Shown piece after piece: positions 8,771 through 17,922 of a DNA stretch of 62,668 nt (its first letter is position 1; the number at the start of each line of letters is the position of its first letter). The notes under the pieces were generated by a model, which searched no databases, was not told the DNA's origin, and saw only the letters and a program-made list of their open reading frames with translations. Source of the stretch: a virus (taxonomy: Duplodnaviria > Caudoviricetes); IMG/VR virus record IMGVR_UViG_3300032330_000840, positions 1 to 62,668 of that record; one strand, written 5' to 3'. Made by a program: the position numbers and the translations under genes.

Positions 8771-8820
8771 GAGTAAGACCCCTCTCGGGGTTTCGCCGAT
8801 TCGCGGCTCGTCAGTTACCC
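8771..8820 (-). ncRNA. type I hammerhead ribozyme
   Basis: Minus strand GGGUAA-CUGACGA-GCCG cgaau CGGC-GAAA-CCCC gaga GGGG-UC/UUACUC: full CUGANGA/GAAA/UH core and all three stems. Confidence 0.92.
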
Positions 8821-9057
8821 TTGGCTTGCGTAGTAATCGGCATCCGCTTGCCGCTCGCGGTACACGGACACCACCGCCTTCAGCCGCTTCCATGCCTCGC
8901 GCTTGCTGAGTTGCTTGCCGCCCGAGCACGACACAAAAAGCGCCTCGTAGTCCTGTTGCGTCCAGCACTCCACCATCGTGTCCGCGCCTTCGTTGTAATG
9001 CTCATCGCACCACTGGCGCATCAGGGCGATCTCCGCTTGGATTTGCTCGGGCGTCAT
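8815..9057 (-). CDS. hypothetical protein
   Basis: ATG at 9057 overlaps the upstream stop; HYNEGADTMVECW. Confidence 0.7.
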   Translation of the reverse strand: MTPEQIQAEIALMRQWCDEHYNEGADTMVECWTQQDYEALFVSCSGGKQLSKREAWKRLKAVVSVYRERQADADYYASQG

Positions 9058-9326
9058 GCTTGCACCCCCATCAGCTCGTTGATCTTGTCGCACAGAGCAG
9101 GGATCAGGCCGTCGTATTCTTGGAATGCAATTCCACCGCCATATGCTTTGGTGTGATAGCGCTTGCCGCCCAGCTTTTTTGCCAGCTTGACCGCGAGTGC
9201 ATACCGCTCAGACACCGACAGAGGCGATTGCCAGCCGTGGGTATCGAGCAAGGTGAAGTGGCAGACATAGCGCGGATTGCCGTTAATGTCGTGCTTGATC
9301 TTGACGAAGTCATTAGGCTTGATCAT
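9054..9326 (-). CDS. conserved small phage protein
   Basis: HDINGNPRYVCHF, GGKRYH.KAYGGGIAFQ. Confidence 0.75.
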   Translation of the reverse strand: MIKPNDFVKIKHDINGNPRYVCHFTLLDTHGWQSPLSVSERYALAVKLAKKLGGKRYHTKAYGGGIAFQEYDGLIPALCDKINELMGVQA

Positions 9327-9327
9327 G

Positions 9328-9672
9328 TCAGGCTCCAACAGTCCAGCGCTCAGCGATATCAGCCCAGCATTTCACGCGGTATGCTCCGTCCCAGCGCACC
9401 AGCGTAGGAATATAGGGATCGCCAGCGTTGAGGTACAAACATATGCCGCGCTTTGTCTCAATCACTTCCACGCCGTGGTAATCACCCAAAGCATTCAAGC
9501 ACTCCATACGAATGTCGGGCGTGGAGGGCGGGTTGTAGCACTCATTGAATCGACGCAGGCCAACAGGCGTAGCGAGCAGCTCGTCGCGTGTCATTTCCAG
9601 CAGTTGCTTGGCGCGCTTAGCGTTGTCACCAAAGAGAGGGATCAGGGCTTTTGCAGAGGGGGTTCTCATCAT
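9328..9672 (-). CDS. hypothetical protein, first gene of the leftward cluster
   Basis: AGGAG SD; HGVE, YLNAGDPYIPTL. Confidence 0.75.
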   Translation of the reverse strand: MMRTPSAKALIPLFGDNAKRAKQLLEMTRDELLATPVGLRRFNECYNPPSTPDIRMECLNALGDYHGVEVIETKRGICLYLNAGDPYIPTLVRWDGAYRVKCWADIAERWTVGA

Positions 9673-9907
9673 TCACTCCTATCTATGTCATGCATGGCGT
9701 TATTGCCATGTCCTATATTTCAACACACTTTTTGCGCTTTGTGTGATAGTTCAAAAAATATTTTTTGCGCGTAGTTGACCAGGGGGACAGTTGCCAATTG
9801 TTGTGGCGGTTATCGGCGGTTGGCGGTCACACTCGCAGCAGGAATGCAGCCCGCAGCCGTGGATCGCGCTATCATCAGCCCGTTCTCAATTCATACCGGA
9901 CACAGCA

Positions 9908-10621
9908 ATGGCACGACAGGCAACACAGAAACTAACGCGGGCGCAGATAAAGGCAGGGCTCGACAGCATCCCAGTAGAGACACTACTAAGTAGCGGACAG
10001 GGCAAGACGCCACAGCTAACAGCAAAGCAGAGAGCATTCGCTCGTGCAGTTGCCACAGGGCAGACTAAGGCTCAGGCGTACAGACAGGCATATAAGGCAG
10101 ACCCAGCACCTAGCACAATACTCTCAGCCCCATATGAGTTGGCTCGTAACCCACAAGTGGCTCGCGAGATAGAGGCATATAAGGTCGCAATTGAGGCGGA
10201 GAAACACCGGACACCCCAGCAGCTTAAGGCGTTACTGGTGCAACAGCTGGTACAGCACTCACTAGATGATGATTTCCCACCGGCATCACGGGTTCAATGT
10301 CTCAAGCTTCTCGGCTCTCTCTTTGAGGTTGGTGCTTTCGTTGAACGCAAAGAGATAACAACAGTCAGTAGATCCGATGACATCAGGACGCGCTTAATGG
10401 ACAGGCTCAGGACTGTAACAGCTGGTGCAGATGCTCAGGCCAGTGATGCGCTTGACCTGCTAGAGGAAATTCAGGGCAGTCGCGCTACAGGCGCACCCAC
10501 CGGAGGGGTATCCCCGCATTCAGGCGTAGCCAGCGTGGGTGGCGCGCAACATACTATTCCACACAAAGGATTTCCTGAAGAATCGGATCCACCTGAAGAA
10601 TCCGACTTTGACCAGCCATAA
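9908..10621 (+). CDS. terS: terminase small subunit (probable)
   Basis: LTAKQRAFARAV..G.TKAQAYRQAY..AYELARNPQVAREI N-terminal motif; upstream of terL. Confidence 0.7.
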   Translation: MARQATQKLTRAQIKAGLDSIPVETLLSSGQGKTPQLTAKQRAFARAVATGQTKAQAYRQAYKADPAPSTILSAPYELARNPQVAREIEAYKVAIEAEKHRTPQQLKALLVQQLVQHSLDDDFPPASRVQCLKLLGSLFEVGAFVERKEITTVSRSDDIRTRLMDRLRTVTAGADAQASDALDLLEEIQGSRATGAPTGGVSPHSGVASVGGAQHTIPHKGFPEESDPPEESDFDQP

Positions 10622-10746
10622 CACCTGTTATAGACCCCCCCGGTCTGTTACTGTACAAAAAAGGGGTGGGGGGTATATTTTTTTACAATCACGCATAGAT
10701 GAAACACCCTAAGCTGTTACACACTGTTAAGAAGAAGGAGTACTAC

Positions 10747-10968
10747 ATGACGGAGAAGCAGAGGACTGTATTCCTTGTTATAGATGAATACTGGAAGAAT
10801 TTTGGCTATGGGCCGTCCATTGATGACATCATGTACCAGACCGGTGATAAGGGGCGCGGGAATGTTCATCGGATTGTGAAGAAGCTTTGTGAGCTGGGGA
10901 TTTGCAAGCGGATGAGCAGGAGTGCTCGAAGTGTGCGGCCAAGCTATTTGTCGATGAGGAACATATGA
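10747..10968 (+). CDS. stand-alone LexA-type DNA-binding domain protein
   Basis: MTEKQRTVF..I..YW..FGYGPSIDDI...VHRIVKKL..LG; AAGGAG SD; no peptidase domain. Confidence 0.8.
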   Translation: MTEKQRTVFLVIDEYWKNFGYGPSIDDIMYQTGDKGRGNVHRIVKKLCELGICKRMSRSARSVRPSYLSMRNI

Positions 10969-11024
10969 ATACCCTACCTACTGATGAAGACTACCTTGCG
11001 GCTCTTGGCCCTTGCGGTAAATGA
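10965..11024 (+). CDS. 19-aa micro-ORF between the LexA-like gene and terL
   Basis: MNTLPTDEDYLAALGPCGK*; ATGA overlaps at both ends, GAGGA SD. Confidence 0.45.
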   Translation: MNTLPTDEDYLAALGPCGK

Positions 11025-12520
11025 ATATTGATGCACTGAGTAAGGCTATTGCTCTTCTTCCTGTTAATGAGCAGGAGGCGTTCTTTGATGAGCTGGATGA
11101 GTACCGGGCCAGTCTTTTGCGCGAGGAGGCGCAGGAGGACTTCTTGAAGTTTGTTCACACAATGTGGCCGGGCTTTATTGATGGACGCCACCATAAGGTT
11201 ATGGCTCGTAAGTTCCAGGAGATTGCGTCGGGGAAGATTAAGCGGCTGATTATCAATATGCCACCCCGCCACACAAAGTCCGAGTTTGCTTCTTACATGT
11301 TGCCCGCCTGGTTCTTGGGCAAGTTCCCTAACAAGAAGATCATCCAGACTTCAAACACGGCTGAATTGGCTGTTGGATTTGGCCGGAAGGTGCGTAACCT
11401 TGTTGGCAGTGAGCAGTACTCAAAGATCTTCCCTAACGTGAATCTGCGCCAGGATAGTAAGGCGGCTGGCCGTTGGTCGACGAATAAGGATGGTGAGTAC
11501 TTCGCTATCGGTGTCGGCGGAACAGTAACTGGTAAGGGTGCTGATCTATTGATTATTGATGACCCGCACTCTGAGCAGGAGGCCGCGCTTGCTTCCGGAG
11601 ACCCATCAGTGTTTGATAAGGTGTACGAGTGGTACACATCTGGTCCACGCCAGCGTCTGCAGCCGGGCGGATCTATTGTTGTTGTTATGACCCGCTGGGC
11701 CAAACGAGATCTGACGGGCCGGATTATTCAGTCTTCCCTTGATAAGGATGGAAACGACGACTGGGAGGTAATTGACTTCCCCGCCATCCTGCCAAGCGAC
11801 AAACCCCTTTGGCCGGAGTTCTGGAAACTTGAAGAGCTGGAGGCGCTGCGCTCTGAACTGCCAGCCGCGAAGTGGAATGCACAGTACCAACAAAGCCCAA
11901 CCTCTGAAGAGGGCGCGATTGTTAAACGTGAGTGGTGGAAGATCTGGGAGAAGGAAGACCCGCCCCGCTGCGAGTTTGTTATCCAGAGCTGGGATACTGC
12001 TTTCTTGAAGACAGAGCGGTCTGATTACTCGGCTTGCACTACCTGGGGTGTGTTCTACATGAATGAAAACTCCGAGGACGCTCACATCATTCTGCTGGAT
12101 GCATTTAAAAAGCGGATGGAGTTCCCTGAGCTTAAAGCCAAGGCGTTTAACCATTACAAGGAGTGGGAGCCGGATGCGTTTATTGTTGAGGCCAAGGCTT
12201 CAGGAGCGCCGTTGATATTTGAATTGCGGGCGATGGGCATACCCGTCCAGGAATTTACTCCAAGTAGGGGAAATGATAAGATGGTACGGATTAACTCTGT
12301 AGCTGATCTATTTGCCAGTGGTAAGGTTTGGGCTCCGTCAACACGCTGGGCTGATGAATTAATTGAGGAGATGGCTGCATTTCCAAATTCAGACCACGAT
12401 GACTTGGTTGACTCCGCTACCCAGGCACTGATCCGCTTCAGAAAAGGCGGCTTCATTCGGCTGGCAACAGATGAGCAGGATGAAATTCGTTCATTCCGGC
12501 GCAAAACATCGTATTACTAA
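11021..12520 (+). CDS. terL: terminase large subunit
   Basis: MPPRHTKS (Walker A), LLIIDDP, VMTRW, SWDTA, DYSA, VEAKASG, HDDLVDS. Confidence 0.95.
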   Translation: MNIDALSKAIALLPVNEQEAFFDELDEYRASLLREEAQEDFLKFVHTMWPGFIDGRHHKVMARKFQEIASGKIKRLIINMPPRHTKSEFASYMLPAWFLGKFPNKKIIQTSNTAELAVGFGRKVRNLVGSEQYSKIFPNVNLRQDSKAAGRWSTNKDGEYFAIGVGGTVTGKGADLLIIDDPHSEQEAALASGDPSVFDKVYEWYTSGPRQRLQPGGSIVVVMTRWAKRDLTGRIIQSSLDKDGNDDWEVIDFPAILPSDKPLWPEFWKLEELEALRSELPAAKWNAQYQQSPTSEEGAIVKREWWKIWEKEDPPRCEFVIQSWDTAFLKTERSDYSACTTWGVFYMNENSEDAHIILLDAFKKRMEFPELKAKAFNHYKEWEPDAFIVEAKASGAPLIFELRAMGIPVQEFTPSRGNDKMVRINSVADLFASGKVWAPSTRWADELIEEMAAFPNSDHDDLVDSATQALIRFRKGGFIRLATDEQDEIRSFRRKTSYY

Positions 12521-12528
12521 GGACAAAT

Positions 12529-15033
12529 ATGTCTATTGAAAAGTCCCTCTCCTCCGCTCCAATGGGTTTGGAGTCACTTGCACCCCCAGAAGATGAGGGC
12601 ATTGAGATTGAGATTGAAGATCCGGAGTCGGTTGAGATCCATATTGGCGACCTTGATATCAAAATTGGCAGCGTCGAAGATGATTTTGATGCCAACCTGG
12701 TTGATGAGCTGGATTCGGACGTAGTTAGCCAGCTTGTTTCGGAGTTGATTGAAGATTTTGATGATGACGTTAACTCCCGCAAGGAGTGGATGCAGACTTA
12801 TGTAGACGGACTCGAGCTGCTGGGTATGAAAATTGAGGAGCGGGCCGAACCTTGGATTGGCGCTTGCGGTGTTTACCACCCGCTTTTGTCAGAGGCCGTC
12901 GTGAAATTCCAAGCCGAGGTGATGATGAGCACCTTTCCTGCGGCTGGACCCGTCAAAACCCAGATCATTGGCAAAGAAACCCCCGAAAAGAAGCAAGCCG
13001 CTACCCGGGTGGCTGCGGATATGAACTATGAACTCACGGATGTGATGACAGAGTTCCGCCCTGAGCATGAGCGTATGCTGTGGGGCTTGGGTTTGGCTGG
13101 TAACGCCTTCAAAAAGGTGTACTTTGACCCCAATCTTGACCGGCAGACCTCCATTTTCGTACCTGCTGAAGACCTAGTTGTCCCTTATGGCGCGTCAGAC
13201 CTTCAGACTGCTGACCGGATTACCCACGTTATGCGAAAAACGGAGAATGAAATCCGCAAACTGCAGGTTGCTGGCTTCTACTCGGACATTGACCTGGGTG
13301 AGCCCAACAATAACCTGGATGATGTTGAGAAAAAGATCGCCGAGAAGATGGGATTCCGTGCAACCACGGATGACCGCTACAAAATCCTGGAGATCAACGT
13401 CAATCTGGACCTTGAAGGGTTCGAAGATACGGACAAAGACGGTGAACCCACCGGTATTGCCCTGCCATACATTGTTACAGTTGAAAAAGGCAGTGAAAAG
13501 TGCCTGGCAATCCGCCGCAACTGGAACAAAGACGACAAGCTCAAAAGCAAACGCCAGCACTTTGTGCATTACGGCTACGTTCCTGGCTTTGGCTTCTACT
13601 GCTTTGGCTTGATCCACCTTGTAGGCGCGTTTGCCAAGTCCGGAACCTCCATCCTGCGCCAGCTCGTAGATGCTGGAACCCTGGCTAACCTACCTGGCGG
13701 CTTTAAGACCCGGGGATTGCGTGTTAAGGGTGATGACACCCCAATCGGCCCAGCAGAATGGCGCGATGTTGACGTACCCAGCGGGACTATTTCTGACAAC
13801 ATCATGGCTCTCCCCTACAAGGAGCCAAGCCAGGTACTGGCATTGCTGCTGGACAAGATTGTGGACGAGGGCCGCAAGTTTGCTTCCGCCGCCGACATCC
13901 AGGTGGCCGATATGTCCGCCAACTCTCCCGTCGGCACGACCCTGGCTATCCTTGAGCGCACCCTGAAAGTTATGACTGCGGTCCAAGCCCGTATTCACTA
14001 CTCCTTCAAGCAAGAGCTGATCCTGTTGCGCGACATCATCCGCGACTATACGCCTCCGACGTACAACTACGAGCCGGACGAGGGATCCCCCAAGGCTAAG
14101 CAGTCGGACTATGACCTTGTTACAGTTATCCCAGTGTCGGACCCCAATGCGGCCACGATGGCGCAGAAAATTGTCCAGTACCAAGCCGTTATCCAACTAT
14201 CCCAGCAAGCTCCTGACATCTACGACCTGCCGCAACTGCACCGCCAGATGCTGGATGTACTTGGCATCAAGAACGCAGAGAAGCTGGTCAAGCTTGAGGA
14301 GGATGAAGTTCCTGTTGATCCAGTCAGCGAGAACATGAACGCGCTCAATGGCAAGCCCATGAAGGCATTTATGTTCCAGGACCACAAAGCCCACATGACG
14401 GTCCACCAGATGTTTATGCAAGATCCAATGATCATGCAGACCATAGGCCAAAATCCCAAGGCCAACCAGATCATGGCGTCCTTGCAGGCTCACATTGCTG
14501 AGCACCTGGCCTTTGAGTATCGCAAACAAATTGAGCAGCAGATGGGTGTACCCCTCCCAGCCCCGGGTGAGCGCCTGCCGGAGGATGTGGAAGTTCAACT
14601 ATCTCAACTCATGGCTCAAGCCGGTCAGCAGGTCAACCAATCCAACTCTGCAGCAGCCCAGCAGCAGAAAGCGCAACAGATGGCTCAAGACCCGCTCATT
14701 CAAATGCAACAGCAGGAACTGCAACTCAAGAACGCAGAGATCCAGCGCAAGCAACAGAAGGATCAGCAAGAGATGCAAATCAAATCAAGCCAGTTGCAGC
14801 TTGATAGTATGGAGCTTCAAAACAAGAAAGATGTTGAGATGGCCCGTATCCAGGCTGAAGCAGCACGGACTCAAATGCAATTGCAATCCACATCAGCTAT
14901 TGCACAAGCAAAATTACAAGCAGAAACTCAACATAACCATCAAAAGAATGTAATTTCTGTAGCCCAATTAAAGTCACAAGCTGAAGCGGAACGTCAACGT
15001 AATTTGGCTAATTTTAATAAGGGCAACAAATGA
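12529..15033 (+). CDS. portal protein with long Gln-rich C-terminal coiled coil
   Basis: Follows terL; HPLLSEAVVKFQA, GNAFKKVYFD, LRQLVDAGTLANL; P22-like barrel tail. Confidence 0.88.
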   Translation: MSIEKSLSSAPMGLESLAPPEDEGIEIEIEDPESVEIHIGDLDIKIGSVEDDFDANLVDELDSDVVSQLVSELIEDFDDDVNSRKEWMQTYVDGLELLGMKIEERAEPWIGACGVYHPLLSEAVVKFQAEVMMSTFPAAGPVKTQIIGKETPEKKQAATRVAADMNYELTDVMTEFRPEHERMLWGLGLAGNAFKKVYFDPNLDRQTSIFVPAEDLVVPYGASDLQTADRITHVMRKTENEIRKLQVAGFYSDIDLGEPNNNLDDVEKKIAEKMGFRATTDDRYKILEINVNLDLEGFEDTDKDGEPTGIALPYIVTVEKGSEKCLAIRRNWNKDDKLKSKRQHFVHYGYVPGFGFYCFGLIHLVGAFAKSGTSILRQLVDAGTLANLPGGFKTRGLRVKGDDTPIGPAEWRDVDVPSGTISDNIMALPYKEPSQVLALLLDKIVDEGRKFASAADIQVADMSANSPVGTTLAILERTLKVMTAVQARIHYSFKQELILLRDIIRDYTPPTYNYEPDEGSPKAKQSDYDLVTVIPVSDPNAATMAQKIVQYQAVIQLSQQAPDIYDLPQLHRQMLDVLGIKNAEKLVKLEEDEVPVDPVSENMNALNGKPMKAFMFQDHKAHMTVHQMFMQDPMIMQTIGQNPKANQIMASLQAHIAEHLAFEYRKQIEQQMGVPLPAPGERLPEDVEVQLSQLMAQAGQQVNQSNSAAAQQQKAQQMAQDPLIQMQQQELQLKNAEIQRKQQKDQQEMQIKSSQLQLDSMELQNKKDVEMARIQAEAARTQMQLQSTSAIAQAKLQAETQHNHQKNVISVAQLKSQAEAERQRNLANFNKGNK

Positions 15034-15227
15034 TTGACAAATACCTGGACCATTTGTCTGCAAAGATAAATGAAAAAGTATCCCAACTCCAAGTGAACAT
15101 TGCTGATGGCAAGGCAATTGATTACGCGGATTACAAGAAAATGTGCGGAGAGGTTAAAGGTCTGCTCACCGCACGTTTATACATCACAGACCTACAGGAA
15201 AGACTGAAAACTAATGACGATGAGTAA
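15030..15227 (+). CDS. small head-module protein
   Basis: DYADYKKMCGEVKGL; position after portal. Confidence 0.75.
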   Translation: MIDKYLDHLSAKINEKVSQLQVNIADGKAIDYADYKKMCGEVKGLLTARLYITDLQERLKTNDDE

Positions 15228-15624
15228 TTTGGATCTTGTGAATGCTGTTGACTTGTCTCAAATTTTGAACAAGTCCGCAGAAGATAAAGCAAAGCAGCTT
15301 CCAAAGCCAAGTGGTTACCGCATTCTTTGCGCCGTACCCGAGGCGGAGGAAACTATTGATGGGTCCAGCCTTATTAAGTCCGCAGACATGATGCGGAATG
15401 AAGAGCTGCTAACTACAGTTCTGTTTGTGGTTGAGCTTGGCCCTGATTGCTACAAAGATGAAAAACGGTTCCCCAATGGACCGTACTGCAAACAAGGTGA
15501 TTTTGTTCTTGTCCGGCCCAACGCTGGTACTCGGCTTCTGATCCATGACCGTGAGTTCCGCATCATCAACGATGACAGCGTTGAGGGTGTTGTTCAAGAC
15601 CCCCGTGGTATTAAACGCAAATAA
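15214..15624 (+). CDS. GroES-like co-chaperonin
   Basis: PSGYRIL, VVELGPDCY, KQGDFVL, AGTRL, FRIINDDSVEGVV. Confidence 0.85.
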   Translation: MTMSNLDLVNAVDLSQILNKSAEDKAKQLPKPSGYRILCAVPEAEETIDGSSLIKSADMMRNEELLTTVLFVVELGPDCYKDEKRFPNGPYCKQGDFVLVRPNAGTRLLIHDREFRIINDDSVEGVVQDPRGIKRK

Positions 15625-15633
15625 GGAGCGTAC

Positions 15634-16545
15634 ATGAAATACGATGAATTTAAATTCCCTGACGAGAAGGATGACGACAAGATTGACGATGAGATCATCG
15701 TTGAGATTGAAGACGATACCCCTCCAGAGGACCGAAACAAAGACCCTTTGCCTGAAAAAATTAAGGAGGACCTTTACAACGATGAGTTGGAAGACTACTC
15801 CACCAAGGTGAAGAAGAAGCTTCTGCAAATGAAGAAGCTGGCGCATGATGAGCGCCGTGAAAAAGAAGCAGCCCTGCGCGAACAAAACCAAGCGGTTGAG
15901 TTTGCCCGTAAGTTGATGGATGAGAACAAAAAGCTCAAGTCCAACTTAAACAACAGTGAGAGTAATGTTATTGCAAGCGTTACCCGGGCTGTTGAAATGG
16001 AGATGGCTGCAGCCAAGAAGGAGTACCGCGAAGCGTATGACTCTGGCGATACCGACAAAGTAATGGAGGCCCAGGAAAAATTAACCGCTGCACAACTAAA
16101 AGCAGACAAGGTTAAGAACTTCCGTCCTCCTGTACAGGAAGAAGAATATGTGATACAACCGCCCCGGCAAGCGGTTAATACTCCTGCTCAAGATCCATCA
16201 GCGGTAGCTTGGCAACAAGATAACCCCTGGTTCGGTGAAGATGATGAAATGACCAGCCTGGCTTTGGGGTTGCATGAAAAGCTCCGCAAAGAGGGTGTTA
16301 GAGTTTCATCGCAGGAGTATTACAATCGCATCAACCAAACTATCCGCCAGCGCTTTCCAGAGAAATTTGTAGAGCAGGAGGAACAAGATACTCGGCCCAG
16401 CCGAAAAAGCTCGGTGGTTGCACCGGCTACACGGAGTACATCCGCAAAACGAGTCAAGTTGACCCAAGGTGAACTTAACTTGGCAAAGAAATTTAACCTT
16501 ACACCGGAGCAGTTTGCTTCGGAAAAAATCAAATTAGGATCATAA
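15634..16545 (+). CDS. capsid scaffolding protein (probable)
   Basis: Acidic N-terminus, coiled coil, W...NPWF, C-terminal helix; position before capsid genes. Confidence 0.75.
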   Translation: MKYDEFKFPDEKDDDKIDDEIIVEIEDDTPPEDRNKDPLPEKIKEDLYNDELEDYSTKVKKKLLQMKKLAHDERREKEAALREQNQAVEFARKLMDENKKLKSNLNNSESNVIASVTRAVEMEMAAAKKEYREAYDSGDTDKVMEAQEKLTAAQLKADKVKNFRPPVQEEEYVIQPPRQAVNTPAQDPSAVAWQQDNPWFGEDDEMTSLALGLHEKLRKEGVRVSSQEYYNRINQTIRQRFPEKFVEQEEQDTRPSRKSSVVAPATRSTSAKRVKLTQGELNLAKKFNLTPEQFASEKIKLGS

Positions 16546-16548
16546 ATC

Positions 16549-16998
16549 ATGGCCGAAAACAGAAAACCGCGAGAGCTTGAGGAACGATTGATGGCAGAGC
16601 GTCCAAAACAATGGTCGCAGGCAGAAACCCTGCCAGAGCCTGATAAACAACCTGGCTATGCGTACAGATGGATCCGTGTTTCTACTTTGAGTGTTGCTGA
16701 TCCCCGCAATATCTCTGGCAAATTCCGCGAGGGATGGGAGCCAGTTGCTATTGAGGAGCAACCGAAATTTAGAATGTTGTCCGATGCCAATAGCCGCTTT
16801 AGTGGCAATATTGAAATCGGCGGGTTGTTGCTCTGCAAGTGCCCTACTGAGTTTATGGAACAGCGAAACAAATATTTTGCTGACCAGGCTAAAGCTCAAG
16901 AGGTTGCTGTGGACAATAATTTGATGCGTCAAAGCGACCCTCGTATGCCACTCTTCAATGAGCGGAAATCGTCGACCAGCTTTGGCAAAGGCGCTTAA
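16549..16998 (+). CDS. conserved head-module protein
   Basis: PGYAYRWIR, REGWEPV, IEIGGLLLCK. Confidence 0.75.
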   Translation: MAENRKPRELEERLMAERPKQWSQAETLPEPDKQPGYAYRWIRVSTLSVADPRNISGKFREGWEPVAIEEQPKFRMLSDANSRFSGNIEIGGLLLCKCPTEFMEQRNKYFADQAKAQEVAVDNNLMRQSDPRMPLFNERKSSTSFGKGA

Positions 16999-17018
16999 TT
17001 ATTTTTTTGGAGTCTTAA

Positions 17019-17906
17019 ATGGCATATCCTACGGTTTCGGCCCCCTACGGCCTTAAGCCGGTCAATTTGATCGGAGGTCAGGTATTCTCTGGTTCTACAC
17101 GTAACGTGAAGGTCCAGTACGGATACGCTACCAATATCTTTTACGGCGATTTTGTTGCGATTACTCGTGGCTTTGTGACCCGTCTGGCAGTTACTGATGG
17201 CGGCTCTGCTTCCACCGGTGCGGCTGGTTACGGTCAAATCGGTATCTTCTTGGGTTGCTCTTACACCAACCCTCTGACCAAGCAAAAGCAGTTCAGCCAA
17301 TACTGGCCCGCTTCGACCTTGGCTGGTGATGCTGTTGCTATCGTGACTGATGACCCTGACACCATCTTCAAAGCTGCTGTTGTGACATCTCAAGGTGGAA
17401 CCACTATCGGTTCGGCTTCGAGCGCAATGGTTGGTTTGAACATGACCATCTCCAACCTGGCTGGTAACGTCAATACCGGTAACTCGTCGAACGGCATTTT
17501 GGCAAGCTCTGCTGCCACTACCGCTGCTCTGCCTGTGAAGATTATTGATGTTGTGCCTGACACTGCTGTTTCCTTGGGCACCGCCACTTGGTCCAGCGGC
17601 ACCACCACTTTGACTACCTCTGCTTTGCCTAACGCATTGCCAGTCGGTACTGAAGTTGGTTTCTTGGCCGCAAACGGTCAGTACGTTGGCGCAGCTAACT
17701 GGGTTTCTACAGCAGCTACTGCTGGCGCTACCTCTGTTGTTGTCAACGCACAATATGGCGTGGTTAACGCTGGCGGCGCTGCTGCTACTGCAACCGCAAT
17801 CCCAGCAGGCTCCGTGCTTGTGTTTACGCAGTACACCGAAGTTCTTTGCAAGATCAACTTTGGCTTCCACTCGTACTACACCGCGCTCGGTACTCAAACC
17901 GCCTAA
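17019..17906 (+). CDS. capsid-associated/decoration protein
   Basis: APYGLKPV, IFYGDFV, GIFLGCSYT, DDPD; Ala/Thr-rich; directly before the MCP. Confidence 0.7.
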   Translation: MAYPTVSAPYGLKPVNLIGGQVFSGSTRNVKVQYGYATNIFYGDFVAITRGFVTRLAVTDGGSASTGAAGYGQIGIFLGCSYTNPLTKQKQFSQYWPASTLAGDAVAIVTDDPDTIFKAAVVTSQGGTTIGSASSAMVGLNMTISNLAGNVNTGNSSNGILASSAATTAALPVKIIDVVPDTAVSLGTATWSSGTTTLTTSALPNALPVGTEVGFLAANGQYVGAANWVSTAATAGATSVVVNAQYGVVNAGGAAATATAIPAGSVLVFTQYTEVLCKINFGFHSYYTALGTQTA

Positions 17907-17922
17907 TAAGGAGTAACTTAAA

